64,000 nt of DNA from Candidatus Aenigmatarchaeota archaeon (GCA_963726265.1 CAVSBQ010000002.1:640001-704000), one strand, 5' to 3'; counted from the stretch's first letter, positions 20,458-30,588 are shown. Numbers and translations: made by a program. Notes: a model not told the origin generated them from the letters alone.

Positions 20458-22137
20458 TCAGTCAATGACCCTGAGACCAGTGTAGGATTGCAGGATTTTG
20501 GTCGCTTCCTTCGCCCTGGTCTTGAAAGGCGGGACGTCTTTCGTCACCCATTCGGTGATTATGGAAGGTTCCTTGTAGTAAAGGTTGATCAGCTTTGCAA
20601 CATCCTCGAAATTCGTCACCCCGAATTTCCTCATCCACTCGAGGATTTTCTCTCTGCTTCTCAGCTCCCTGAGCATTTCCTCATGCGTGACGCCCTTTTC
20701 AAAGGCCATTTTTTTCAGGACATATGACTCTTCTATGTTGGCCGAATAAGTGTCCGTCGAGGGGTTCCATGTAAAAACCTTTATGATATGCGCCGTCCCG
20801 GTCTTCGGATCCAGCGATTCTACCTCATCCAGTTCCTTTAGCCTCCTCGCAGACTTGCCCCTTTCCTTGGCGTGTATCATGACCACCACAAGGTCAAGCG
20901 TTTCAATAAGGGTCGGTGACAGTTCAATCGGCGGCATTTCCAGGCGCTTTATCACGTCCTCAACAGAGCCGGCGTGTATCGTCCCCATGGACGAGTGGCC
21001 GCTCGCCATGCCCTGGAACATAACATACGCTTCCTTCCCCCTCACCTCGCCGACTATGACGTAATCGGGATTCTGCCTGAATGACTCCTTCAGCAGCTCG
21101 AAGAGTGTGACCTCGCCATAGCGTCTCCCCCCGATTTCAGGCACGCCAAAGCCAACCCTCGAAACGCTCGGTATCCAGTTCTCATGCTGCAGGTTCAGCT
21201 CACGGGTGTCCTCTATGGAGACGATTTTGTCCTCCGGAGGGATGAACATGCTCATGACATTGAGGAATGTCGTCTTGCCGGTTGAAACGCCACCGCATAT
21301 GAGCGTCGATGCGCGCGATTCTACCATCAGCCAGAGGTATGCCATGATTTCGGACGATGCGGTGTTGAAGTTTATCACGTCTATCGGAGAAAACGGCTCG
21401 ACCCTGAACTTGCGTATCGAGAAGGTCGGGCCTTTCGTCGTCACGTCCTTTGCGAGCGTGGCCTGCACCCTCGAGCCGTCCGGCAGCGAGCCGTCGAGCA
21501 GGGGTTTCGCATAGGATATGTATCTGCCGCAGCGTTCAGACAGCTTTATCACGAAATTGTTAAGGTAGTCGCTGTCCTTGAATGATATGTTCGTTTCGAT
21601 GGAGCCGAATTTCCTGTGAACCACGAAAACCGGTATATCAAGGCCCGTGCAACCTATATCCTCGATATACGGGTCGTGCAGAAGGCCTTCTATATCGTTG
21701 AAGCCGACAAAATCCCTGTATATGAAATAGATCACCTTGATATACGTTTCATTCGGCAGCTTCATGTTTTCTTCCTCCAGGATTTTTTTGAGCTTCGCTT
21801 CAACGTATTCCATGACCCTGCCGCCGGCCTTTATCACAGAAAGCTCCACGTCAATCGTCTCAAGCAGGTCTTTCTTTATCACTTCAAGTATTTCATTTTC
21901 GCTTCTGGAAAGCACGGGCTCTATGACATCGTAAACGAGACCTTTCTTTTGCTGGTCCCATCTTATGTGTGCATAAACAAACGGCTCGATAAGAGGGTAT
22001 TTTATGTCCGTTTCAGTGGTTCTCTGAGATGAAGGGAAAACAACAAGGTTTTTGGGCTCTTTAATTTCGACATGGGGGTATTCCGTCTTCTTCCCCGCAT
22101 TTTCTATTCTTTTCCTCAAGGCTCCCCTAAAACCCAT
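20458..22137 (-). CDS. Type II/IV secretion ATPase (PilB/ArlI-like)
   Basis: GGVSTGKT, SIEDTRE, RQNPDYVIVGEVRG, GTIHA. Confidence 0.94.
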   Translation of the reverse strand: MGFRGALRKRIENAGKKTEYPHVEIKEPKNLVVFPSSQRTTETDIKYPLIEPFVYAHIRWDQQKKGLVYDVIEPVLSRSENEILEVIKKDLLETIDVELSVIKAGGRVMEYVEAKLKKILEEENMKLPNETYIKVIYFIYRDFVGFNDIEGLLHDPYIEDIGCTGLDIPVFVVHRKFGSIETNISFKDSDYLNNFVIKLSERCGRYISYAKPLLDGSLPDGSRVQATLAKDVTTKGPTFSIRKFRVEPFSPIDVINFNTASSEIMAYLWLMVESRASTLICGGVSTGKTTFLNVMSMFIPPEDKIVSIEDTRELNLQHENWIPSVSRVGFGVPEIGGRRYGEVTLFELLKESFRQNPDYVIVGEVRGKEAYVMFQGMASGHSSMGTIHAGSVEDVIKRLEMPPIELSPTLIETLDLVVVMIHAKERGKSARRLKELDEVESLDPKTGTAHIIKVFTWNPSTDTYSANIEESYVLKKMAFEKGVTHEEMLRELRSREKILEWMRKFGVTNFEDVAKLINLYYKEPSIITEWVTKDVPPFKTRAKEATKILQSYTGLRVID

Positions 22138-22147
22138 CAAAACACCG

Positions 22148-22402
22148 CTATCGCCTTTTCTTTATTATCCTTCTGTGCCTTGCGCATGATGGACATGCAT
22201 AAATCTTGGTGGAGAACAGCGAAAGGTTTCTCCCGCCCAGATCCTTTCTGAGCGATGGATCGGTGATTGAAAACCCCCTGTAAACAGGGAAGGTCTTGTA
22301 TTTAGGGACCATCCTACCGCAAAAACCACACGTGACGTTGGTTTCCTGTCCCCTGTTTTTGGTGTGGTGCCACCCTCTTTTGTAAAACTGCTTTCTCGAC
22401 AT
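22148..22402 (-). CDS. rps26e: Ribosomal protein eS26-like
   Basis: RG..xxCGFCGRMVPKYK...YACPSCARH matches the eS26 Zn-finger layout; very basic; GGTGA RBS. Confidence 0.75.
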   Translation of the reverse strand: MSRKQFYKRGWHHTKNRGQETNVTCGFCGRMVPKYKTFPVYRGFSITDPSLRKDLGGRNLSLFSTKIYACPSCARHRRIIKKRR

Positions 22403-22511
22403 TAGTTTCACCTGCCGAATATTTTGCTATCCCGCCGAATAATAATATATTAATTGTTCCTATATAAGAAAAATTTAAATATAAAACATCATAGTTTCCT
22501 GGAGGGGTTTA

Positions 22512-23918
22512 ATGAAGCAAAAGATGAAGCAGCTTTCTGCTTACGAGTGGGAGCTTGACAAAAGCGTCAGGCCAAGGATGAACGTGAAGGCCAAGATAAT
22601 AGGCAACAGGAAGGTCATAGACGGCCTCGAGGCGGCTGCCATAGAGCAGCTGACGAACGTTGCCTGCCTGCCGGGCGTGATAGAGCCGGTCATAGGCCTT
22701 CCCGACATGCACTGGGGCTACGGCCTGCCCATGGGCGCGGTAAGCGCGTTTGATTTCGAGAACGGCATAATCTCTGCCGGCCTGTGCGGCTTCGACATAA
22801 ACTGCGGCGTGAATTCGATAAGAACGAACCTGACTTATGAGGAGGTCAAGCCAAGGCTGAGCGAGCTCATAGCCTCGCTTTTCAAGACGATTCCCTGCGG
22901 CGTTGGAGCTAAAGGCAAATTGAAACTGACGCACGCTCAGCTTGAGCAAGTTCTTACCAGAGGAATAGACTGGGCGATAGAAAACGGCTATGGCGTAGCG
23001 CAGGACAAGGAACACATGGAAGAAAAGGGATGCATGGAAGGCGGAGACCCGGGGAAGGTTTCGGACCTCGCGAGGCGACGTGGTCTCGAGCAACTGGGAA
23101 CGCTGGGCGCAGGCAATCATTTTTTGGAAATACAGAAGGTTTCTGACATATATGACAGTCACGTCGCCGGCAAGTGGGGCATTGAAAAACCGGACCAGGT
23201 TCTGATAATGCTGCACTGCGGCTCCCGCGGCTTGGGCCACCAGGTTGCGACCGATTACCTCAAGATACAGGAAAAAGCCGCCGATAAATACAAGATATGG
23301 CTTCCGGACAGGCAGCTGGCATGCGCTCCGGCGAAGACGCCTGAGGCGCAGGACTATTTTGCCGCCATGAAATGCGCCGTGAATTATTCGTTCACGAACC
23401 GCCTCGTCATGACGCAGTGGATACGCGAGACTTTCGAAAAGGTCTTCGCCCGCGATTGGGAAGCCATGGGCATGCACACGGTTTACGGCCTCTGCCACAA
23501 CGTCGTGAAAATAGAGGAGCATACAATAGAAGGAAAAAAACGGAAAGTTTATGTGCACAGGAAGGGCTCGACGAGGAGCTTCCCCGGCGATCCGGTTCTC
23601 ATTGCAGGCACGATGGGCACATCGAGCTACATCCTGAAAGGAACGGAAAAGGCGATGGAAAAGACGTTCGGCTCGACCGTCCACGGCGCAGGCAGGGCGA
23701 TGTCGAGGAACGATGCGATAAGAAAATTCTGGGGCGGCAAGGTGAAGGAAGACCTCGCGAAAAGAGGCATCATCGCGCAGGCGACGCATCCGACCGTCCT
23801 TTCCGAAGAGGCGCCGGATGCATACAAGAACGTCGATGACGTGATAGAGAGTGTGCACGGCATCGGCATCTCGCTAAAGGTCGCGAAGGCGCTCCCGATC
23901 GGCGTGTGCAAGGGATAG
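22512..23918 (+). CDS. rtcB: tRNA-splicing ligase RtcB
   Basis: PDMHWGYG, DINCG, GNHF, HRKG, HGAGR. Confidence 0.97.
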   Translation: MKQKMKQLSAYEWELDKSVRPRMNVKAKIIGNRKVIDGLEAAAIEQLTNVACLPGVIEPVIGLPDMHWGYGLPMGAVSAFDFENGIISAGLCGFDINCGVNSIRTNLTYEEVKPRLSELIASLFKTIPCGVGAKGKLKLTHAQLEQVLTRGIDWAIENGYGVAQDKEHMEEKGCMEGGDPGKVSDLARRRGLEQLGTLGAGNHFLEIQKVSDIYDSHVAGKWGIEKPDQVLIMLHCGSRGLGHQVATDYLKIQEKAADKYKIWLPDRQLACAPAKTPEAQDYFAAMKCAVNYSFTNRLVMTQWIRETFEKVFARDWEAMGMHTVYGLCHNVVKIEEHTIEGKKRKVYVHRKGSTRSFPGDPVLIAGTMGTSSYILKGTEKAMEKTFGSTVHGAGRAMSRNDAIRKFWGGKVKEDLAKRGIIAQATHPTVLSEEAPDAYKNVDDVIESVHGIGISLKVAKALPIGVCKG

Positions 23919-23938
23919 AAAACACGTAAAAACGCGGA

Positions 23939-24349
23939 TTAAATATCAAGACTCACAGTCGCCTTTAAGCCGTCTTTCGTCTTTTCGATGTTGAACTTGT
24001 AATAGGTCACGGCCTTGACCAGCGTGCCCCCTTTTCGCGGATCGGAAGCCTCGCCGTAGCATTTCGCTATCAGACGCTTGCCATCGATTTTATTGATTTC
24101 GAACTTGGAAAAGAACAGGTTCTCGATGTCAACCATTTCTATGATTTTCTGCAGCCAGTTGAACAGCAGGTCCCTTTCGTCCTCGCCGCTGACCTCGACG
24201 CTCTTGGACAGCAGCGGCGCCACCGTGTCCATCTGGCATATGACGCTCATGAGGGCGAGACCCGCGTTTTCGAACAGCTCTTTTTTGCCTTCGCCGTATG
24301 CTTCAAACACGACGTCCGAAGTCATATCCTTGAGAAACCTGAATTTCAT
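23939..24349 (-). CDS. Archease
   Basis: TSDVVFEAYG, VKAVTYY, C-terminal LDI. Confidence 0.92.
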   Translation of the reverse strand: MKFRFLKDMTSDVVFEAYGEGKKELFENAGLALMSVICQMDTVAPLLSKSVEVSGEDERDLLFNWLQKIIEMVDIENLFFSKFEINKIDGKRLIAKCYGEASDPRKGGTLVKAVTYYKFNIEKTKDGLKATVSLDI

Positions 24350-24403
24350 AAAGACAATTACAGTTAAGGTAAATAAAAACAAGGCAGGCGATGAACAGCT
24401 GTT

Positions 24404-24844
24404 CTAACCCGGCCTGAAGCCAATACCCTGTATGTCGTATTTGCCTACCTGGTCCTGTGCGCCTTTGCATTCCATAGACTGGACCAAGACCTGCTTCAGG
24501 GTATCGTCTGAAAGGACTGATATGGTTTTTATGTCCTGATACGAGATGTTCAGCGTCTCGAACTTTTCAGCGGTCACGGTCTCATTGTTGTATATCAGTC
24601 TCACTGAAAAGCCATGCAGAGGCACGTCGCCGGTATTGAACATGGCAAGTGCAAGGGTCTGCGTAGCGTTGTCGTAATACGCCCGTTGTATCAGCAGCTG
24701 CGCCCTCGAGCAGAACTGCAGCTCCGAGCGGCTCTGCGTGACAAACTGGGTCGCCCATCCGGCGAGAATCCCAGCGACTATCATCGTGAACGCTATCAGC
24801 ATTATAACCGATATCAATGGCGAAATACCCTTTTTCATCTTCAT
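24404..24844 (-). CDS. Type IV pilin-like protein
   Basis: KKG|ISPLISVIMLIAFT class III signal; TGATG coupling to the upstream pilin. Confidence 0.88.
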   Translation of the reverse strand: MKMKKGISPLISVIMLIAFTMIVAGILAGWATQFVTQSRSELQFCSRAQLLIQRAYYDNATQTLALAMFNTGDVPLHGFSVRLIYNNETVTAEKFETLNISYQDIKTISVLSDDTLKQVLVQSMECKGAQDQVGKYDIQGIGFRPG

Positions 24845-25323
24845 CACTCCCTTGTTATAGTCGAAGTTTCGGCCGGAAATGCCGGACATGCCGCATTAAG
24901 GACCTTTATCCTGTCGGCCGTTCGTCCAAGATTCGAGCCGTAATCCCCGCTCATGCTTATTATTACCACGGCGGAACGCTGTTGTTTCAACGGGTTGGAC
25001 TGCGTTATGTTCGGACTTATCCTGTATCTGGCGTCGCTGTAATTGTAAACCACCACGTCGGTCAGGTTCATTATCTGGACGCTGAGGCCGTATATTTCCA
25101 CGGTTCCGTAGTTCGTCAGTATTATAGTCATGTTGCTGCTGGCCGACGAAAACGTCGCCGAATCGATTTTGTAATTGGTGCTGGTCGCGCAGGCGCTGCT
25201 TACTTCCTGCGTTCTCGTTCCTATGAAGTGCGTTATCCACGAGGACAGCATCACCCCAATCGCAACGGTTATCCCTATCAGCAGGACGCTCGCTATTATC
25301 GGGGATACACCTTTCATGCCCAT
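24844..25323 (-). CDS. Type IV pilin-like protein
   Basis: MKG|VSPIIASVLLIGIT class III signal; several NxS/T sequons. Confidence 0.88.
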   Translation of the reverse strand: MGMKGVSPIIASVLLIGITVAIGVMLSSWITHFIGTRTQEVSSACATSTNYKIDSATFSSASSNMTIILTNYGTVEIYGLSVQIMNLTDVVVYNYSDARYRISPNITQSNPLKQQRSAVVIISMSGDYGSNLGRTADRIKVLNAACPAFPAETSTITRE

Positions 25324-25409
25324 ATATATAAGTTTGAGACGGCTTTAATATATATTTTAAATAAAAAGCCATAAAGATTAATCCTTATTGGCAACGGCAG
25401 GGTGTTGGC

Positions 25410-28142
25410 ATGAAAAAGATGATTTATTTTTTCGGAGGCGGAAAAGCCGACGGGAACGAGAAGATGAAGGAGCTTCTTGGAGGCAAGGGAGCGAATCTCG
25501 CCGAGATGGCCGGCCACAGAGATTTGCGCCTTCCAGTACCGCCGGGCTTCACCATCACGACAGAGGTCTGCACCTATTATTACAGAAGTAAGGGGAAATA
25601 TCCCGCTGGCCTGAAAGAAGACGTCGAAAAGTCGATCAGGAGAATCGAGGGGCTAATGGGCAAGAAGTTCGGCGATGCTCATAATCCGCTGCTCGTTTCA
25701 GTCCGTTCCGGCGCACGCAGATCAATGCCGGGCATGATGGAAACCGTGCTTAACGTCGGCCTTACCGAGAAAACCATTCCCGGCCTGATAAGACAGAGCG
25801 GAGGCAACGAGCGCTTCGTTTACGATGCGTATCGCAGGCTCATAATGATGTATTCCGACGTCGTCATGGAGAAGGCGGCAGGCGTTGAGACAGCCGACGA
25901 TAATGGCATACGCAAGCAACTGGACAGGCTTATGGACAGGATGAAAAAAGAGAAAGGCTATAGCAGCGACACGGACATGACGGCAGATGATCTCAAGAGG
26001 CTCTGTGCGGTGTTCAAGGCAAAGGTCAGGGAGGTCCTCAAAAAGACATTCCCTGACGACCCGAAGGAGCAGCTGTGGGGCGGCATAGGAGCAGTCTTCG
26101 CATCCTGGAACGGCAAGCGCGCCGTAAGCTACCGCCGCATAGAGAACATACCGGACGACTGGGGAACCGCTGTCAATGTGCAGGCAATGGTCTTCGGCAA
26201 CATGGGCAATGATTCCGCGACCGGCGTGGCTTTCACGCGCAACCCCGGCAACGGCGAAAATGGTTTCTATGGCGAATACCTCGCCAACGCGCAGGGTGAG
26301 GACGTCGTCGCAGGCATTCGCACGCCCGCGCCCATAAACGGCTACTCGAAGTCGGAACACAACAGAACGCTGGTCACGCTTGAAAAATACATGCCGAAAC
26401 TTTACAGGGAACTTTTTGATTATCAAAAGAGGCTTGAGAAGCATTACCGCGACATGCAGGACATAGAGTTCACGATAGAGCGCGGCAAGCTGTACATGCT
26501 CCAGTGCCGCATCGGCAAGCGCAACGGCACGGCAGCGGTGCGCATGGCGCTTGAAATGCACAGGGAAAAGCTCATAACAAAGGAGGAGGCCATAATGCGC
26601 GTGACACCTTCGCAGCTTGACGAGCTGCTGCACCCGGTTATAGACCCGAAGGTGGAGGCATCATCAAAGCCAATTGCCAAAGGCCTTCCTGCCGGCCCTG
26701 GCAGCGCGAGCGGGCAGGTCGTATTTTCTGCGAAAGATGCCGTGGCATGGGCGGGCCTGGGCAAGAAAGTCATACTTGTGCGCGAAGAGACTAACCCGGA
26801 AGACGTCGAAGGCATGCGCGCTGCGCAGGCGATACTCACAGCACGCGGCGGCATGACATCGCATGCCGCGCTAGTGGCGAGAGGCTGGGGCAAGTGCTGC
26901 ATAGTCGGGGCAGGCAGCCTGCACGTCAGCGCCAGCAAAAGGGAAATCAGTGTCGATGGAAAAACAATAAAAGAGGGCGCGTGGATAACGCTCAACGGCA
27001 CAAAGGGCGTGTTTTACGAGGGCAGGCTTCCCATGATGGAAGCGCTTGAAGCGAATAAAAACCTCACCGACTTTTTGAAGCTTTGCGATTCTGTCAGGCG
27101 ACTCGGCGTCCGCACAAATGCAGATACGCCCGAAGACGCGGCGAAAGCAAGGCAGTTCGGCGCAGAGGGTATAGGCCTGTTCAGAACAGAGCACATGTTT
27201 TACGGCAAGGGTTCTGACAAGCCGCTTTTCATGCTGAGAAAGATGATAGTGTCCAAAACCGAAGAGGAAAGGCGCAAGGCGCTGAATGAGCTTTTCCCGT
27301 ATATCAAGAAAGATATCAAGGGCGCGCTTGCGGCCATGGACGGCTTCCCGGTTGTTATACGCCTACTGGACCCGCCGCTGCACGAATTCGTGCCGCGCGA
27401 CGAGGCAAAGCTGGCGCAGCTGGCAAAGGAACTCGGCATAACCATTCAGGAGCTGAAAGGCAGGGCCGAAGATCTCCACGAATCGAATCCCATGATGGGC
27501 CACCGCGGCGTGCGCCTGGGAATAACGTACCCCGAAGTTTCCGAAACCCAGATACGAGCCATATTCGAGGCAGCCGCGGAACTTATAATGGAAGGCAGGA
27601 AGCCGCATCCGGAAATAATGATACCTGTCGTTTCCGACGTCAGGGAGCTCAGCAACCAGATGGCCATCTGTAAAAAAGTCTACCACGAAGTTCTGGCTAA
27701 ATACAGGCTTAAAGGCATAACGCACGCGTTCGGCACGATGATTGAAATCCCGCGCGCATGCATAGTTGCCGACAAAATTGCCGAAGCAGCGGAATTTTTT
27801 TCGTTCGGGACCAACGACCTGACGCAGATGGGCTTCGGCTTCTCGCGCGACGACATAGGCAGCTTCCTGCCGGATTACATCAGGAAGGAAATCCTGAAGG
27901 AAGACCCGTTCCAGAGCATCGACCAGCAGGGCATCGGCGACCTTATAAAGATTGGCATCGAGCGCGGGCGCAAGACGCGGAGGAATCTCGAGATCGGCAT
28001 ATGCGGCGAGCACGGAGGAGAGCCGCGCTCGATCGAATTCTGCCACGCCGTCGGGATGGACTACGTCAGCTGCTCACCATTCAGGGTGCCTATCGCTAGG
28101 CTTGCGGCAGCGCAGGCGAAAATAAAAGAAAAACAAAAATAG
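25410..28142 (+). CDS. ppdK: Pyruvate, phosphate dikinase
   Basis: GGKGANLAEM, GGMTSHAA, SFGTNDLTQ, ICGEHGG. Confidence 0.97.
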   Translation: MKKMIYFFGGGKADGNEKMKELLGGKGANLAEMAGHRDLRLPVPPGFTITTEVCTYYYRSKGKYPAGLKEDVEKSIRRIEGLMGKKFGDAHNPLLVSVRSGARRSMPGMMETVLNVGLTEKTIPGLIRQSGGNERFVYDAYRRLIMMYSDVVMEKAAGVETADDNGIRKQLDRLMDRMKKEKGYSSDTDMTADDLKRLCAVFKAKVREVLKKTFPDDPKEQLWGGIGAVFASWNGKRAVSYRRIENIPDDWGTAVNVQAMVFGNMGNDSATGVAFTRNPGNGENGFYGEYLANAQGEDVVAGIRTPAPINGYSKSEHNRTLVTLEKYMPKLYRELFDYQKRLEKHYRDMQDIEFTIERGKLYMLQCRIGKRNGTAAVRMALEMHREKLITKEEAIMRVTPSQLDELLHPVIDPKVEASSKPIAKGLPAGPGSASGQVVFSAKDAVAWAGLGKKVILVREETNPEDVEGMRAAQAILTARGGMTSHAALVARGWGKCCIVGAGSLHVSASKREISVDGKTIKEGAWITLNGTKGVFYEGRLPMMEALEANKNLTDFLKLCDSVRRLGVRTNADTPEDAAKARQFGAEGIGLFRTEHMFYGKGSDKPLFMLRKMIVSKTEEERRKALNELFPYIKKDIKGALAAMDGFPVVIRLLDPPLHEFVPRDEAKLAQLAKELGITIQELKGRAEDLHESNPMMGHRGVRLGITYPEVSETQIRAIFEAAAELIMEGRKPHPEIMIPVVSDVRELSNQMAICKKVYHEVLAKYRLKGITHAFGTMIEIPRACIVADKIAEAAEFFSFGTNDLTQMGFGFSRDDIGSFLPDYIRKEILKEDPFQSIDQQGIGDLIKIGIERGRKTRRNLEIGICGEHGGEPRSIEFCHAVGMDYVSCSPFRVPIARLAAAQAKIKEKQK

Positions 28143-28198
28143 CTTCAGCTCAGGATAAGACTTAAAAAACCCCTTGCGAATTATAATTGGGCGTTTGC

Positions 28199-28735
28199 AT
28201 GATAAGAGTAAAAGATGTGATGAAGAAGCACGTCGTAACAGTAGAGCCAAAGATGACAATGTCGGTGACTGCAAAAATACTGACCAACAACAAGATAGGA
28301 TGCGTTGTCATAGTCAGCAGCAATAAACCCGTTGGCATAATCACAACGAACGACATAGTGACGCTGGTTGCCAAGGAAAAGAACCTCAAGAAAGTCAGGG
28401 TCGGCGATTTCTGGAGCAGCATGAAAAGACCTTTCATCACGGTTTCCCCGGACGAGAGCATGATGAAGGTGGCGAAAAAAATGCTCAAGACGGGCTACAA
28501 GAGATTCCCCGTGATGGAAAACAACGAGCTGAAAGGCATAGTCTCCACGAAGGAAGTCCTGACGGTTTCACCGGAGCTGATAGAGATTCTTTCCGAAAGG
28601 CTGAAGGCGAAAGTCGAGGCGGTCGCAAGGCCCGACCAGACCATTTCCGGTCTGTGCGAGAGATGCGGGGAATATTCAGACGACCTGAGAAACGCCAACG
28701 GCAGATGGGTTTGCACCGACTGCAGGGATTCCTGA
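28199..28735 (+). CDS. CBS-pair protein with C-terminal Zn ribbon
   Basis: Two CBS domains plus CERC...CTDC. Confidence 0.88.
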   Translation: MIRVKDVMKKHVVTVEPKMTMSVTAKILTNNKIGCVVIVSSNKPVGIITTNDIVTLVAKEKNLKKVRVGDFWSSMKRPFITVSPDESMMKVAKKMLKTGYKRFPVMENNELKGIVSTKEVLTVSPELIEILSERLKAKVEAVARPDQTISGLCERCGEYSDDLRNANGRWVCTDCRDS

Positions 28736-28798
28736 AGCGAAAATGTTTAAACGTAAGTTTAAACATAGCTATTTTAATATATATTTCAAATTAGTTTC

Positions 28799-30283
28799 AT
28801 GAAATTTTGCGTATTTTTCATGCTTGTGCTCTTAGTCTCCGTTTCACGGACAGTTTCTGCCATGCAGATAAATGAATTTATGCCAGCTCCAAACGATACC
28901 TGCGCCCAATGTTCAGAATGGATAGAGATAACAAGCGACCAAAACGAATCCCTTGAAAATATCACGATAGACACGGGGGAATCGATGCTCACGAAGCTGA
29001 ATGGCACGATTTTTTGCGGTGACTTCATTATAGTCACCAAAAACGCGAGTGTTTTTTCCGAGATATGGAATCCTAAAGATGTTATAATTTTTGAGAACAG
29101 CAAAATGAGGCTCACCGATAGCAGAGATAATATTACAATTTATAATGGTTCTCATCCACTGCAGCGGATTGAGTATTTCAACGCCTCTAAAAATGTTTCA
29201 TACGGCTTGTGCGGCAATGTGACTGTCCAGCAAAACGTATCGACGCCAGGCCTGCCGAACATATGCGCTTCCCAGGCCGAGAATGAAAGCAATGCAACAG
29301 CCGGTAATTGCAACGTTTCGATATTCATATCATCAGGTGATATTTTTATTTCAGGGGGAAAACAAAGCTACTATTTGATCATCGACGACAGTAACTGTTC
29401 GGAAAAAGAAGTGAGAATAGAATACTGGATAGAGGACCTTTTCGGAAACATAATCAAACCTAAATACAATACGACGCAGAGCGTATCGTGTTCAAAGACT
29501 GTGTCAAGAGAGTGGACGCCAGACGAAATCAAAAGTTCAGAGGCCTATTACATAAAAGCGGCAATAGCAGATGCTTCCTGCAACGATTCCGACTTCTCCA
29601 ACAATTACGATGAAAAACTGATAGTGGTCAAAGGCACAGAACCTCCGCATGAATCCGGCATTAAAATAGAAGAAATCAGTTTGGGCTCGGACGGCAAGGC
29701 AAAATTCGGCGATGCCGTCGAGGTAAAGCTGAATGTTTACAGGGGAGACACGTCCAAAAGCGCCGTTGATGTCTGGCTGGAGAATGCGCAGGGCGACAAG
29801 GCAGGCAAAGCCAGTTTCAACGCCTACGGCAAGTTGATCAATTACAGCCTTTCCATACCGGTCAATATACATCCGAACTGTGACGGCAAACTGCCGAACG
29901 GCACTTATTTTCTGAAAGCCGAGGGCATAGATTGCTACGACGAAGCGGCGGTTACCATAGAGGGTTCGGCTTCTGTATGCAAAACAAAGGCATGCGATGC
30001 GTCGAAAGCCTGTTCATGCCCTTCATGCAGCTCGGAAAAAAAGAACTGCACGTGCAATAGTTCTGTGACAAAAATATCCGGGAAAACAGAAAATGCAGCA
30101 AAAAACACCACCAATAAAACAAGCGAAAAGGCCGGTGAAAAGCTTGGTGAAAACCAGACAAGCAATGAAACGAGAAAGGAAATCAAAATACCGACAGGGC
30201 GAATTACCGCAGGCGAAGACAACTGGTTCTCAGCTGCGCTGAAAAACGTCGCAGATTTCTTTAAAAACCTGTTCAAGCTATAA
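28799..30283 (+). CDS. Secreted lamin-tail-domain surface protein
   Basis: Signal peptide; INEFMPAP...EWIEI and TPGLPN motifs; Cys-rich segment; many sequons. Confidence 0.75.
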   Translation: MKFCVFFMLVLLVSVSRTVSAMQINEFMPAPNDTCAQCSEWIEITSDQNESLENITIDTGESMLTKLNGTIFCGDFIIVTKNASVFSEIWNPKDVIIFENSKMRLTDSRDNITIYNGSHPLQRIEYFNASKNVSYGLCGNVTVQQNVSTPGLPNICASQAENESNATAGNCNVSIFISSGDIFISGGKQSYYLIIDDSNCSEKEVRIEYWIEDLFGNIIKPKYNTTQSVSCSKTVSREWTPDEIKSSEAYYIKAAIADASCNDSDFSNNYDEKLIVVKGTEPPHESGIKIEEISLGSDGKAKFGDAVEVKLNVYRGDTSKSAVDVWLENAQGDKAGKASFNAYGKLINYSLSIPVNIHPNCDGKLPNGTYFLKAEGIDCYDEAAVTIEGSASVCKTKACDASKACSCPSCSSEKKNCTCNSSVTKISGKTENAAKNTTNKTSEKAGEKLGENQTSNETRKEIKIPTGRITAGEDNWFSAALKNVADFFKNLFKL

Positions 30284-30420
30284 GATTAAACAGCCAGACA
30301 GCTCGGAATTGCGCTGCAAGTTGCCTTTCGAACGAAGCGTATGACGCATACGCAGTATGCGTCTTTCGTGAATAGCGATTGACAGCTTGGGTTTATAATT
30401 CAGGCTGTCCTTCGATGTAT

Positions 30421-30494
30421 GGGCCTGTAGCTCAGTTGGACAGAGCAGTAGCCTCCTAAGCTAAAGGTCGGGGGTTCGAATCCCCCCAGGTCCG
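30421..30494 (+). tRNA. tRNA-Arg(CCT), intronless, CCA not encoded
   Basis: Cloverleaf with GGGCCTG/CAGGTCC acceptor stem, CT-CCT-AA anticodon loop and TTCGAAT T-loop; TATA at 30392. Confidence 0.95.
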
Positions 30495-30588
30495 TCCGGC
30501 GCAGGATGCAGGCGTTGCCCGCGTCTTTCACCGGTGTTTTTCTGGTGAAGTAATAGATTTATAACTTTTCAAAGACAAAATTATAAAC

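Noticed and set aside
22509..23858. 449 aa minus-strand ORF
   Set aside because: Antisense to rtcB.
18352..23918. Inteins in RadA or RtcB
   Set aside because: Both proteins are of normal length with continuous motifs.
30421..30560. Integrated element at tRNA-Arg
   Set aside because: No integrase and no duplicated tRNA 3' end noticed; the flanks are ordinary chromosomal genes.
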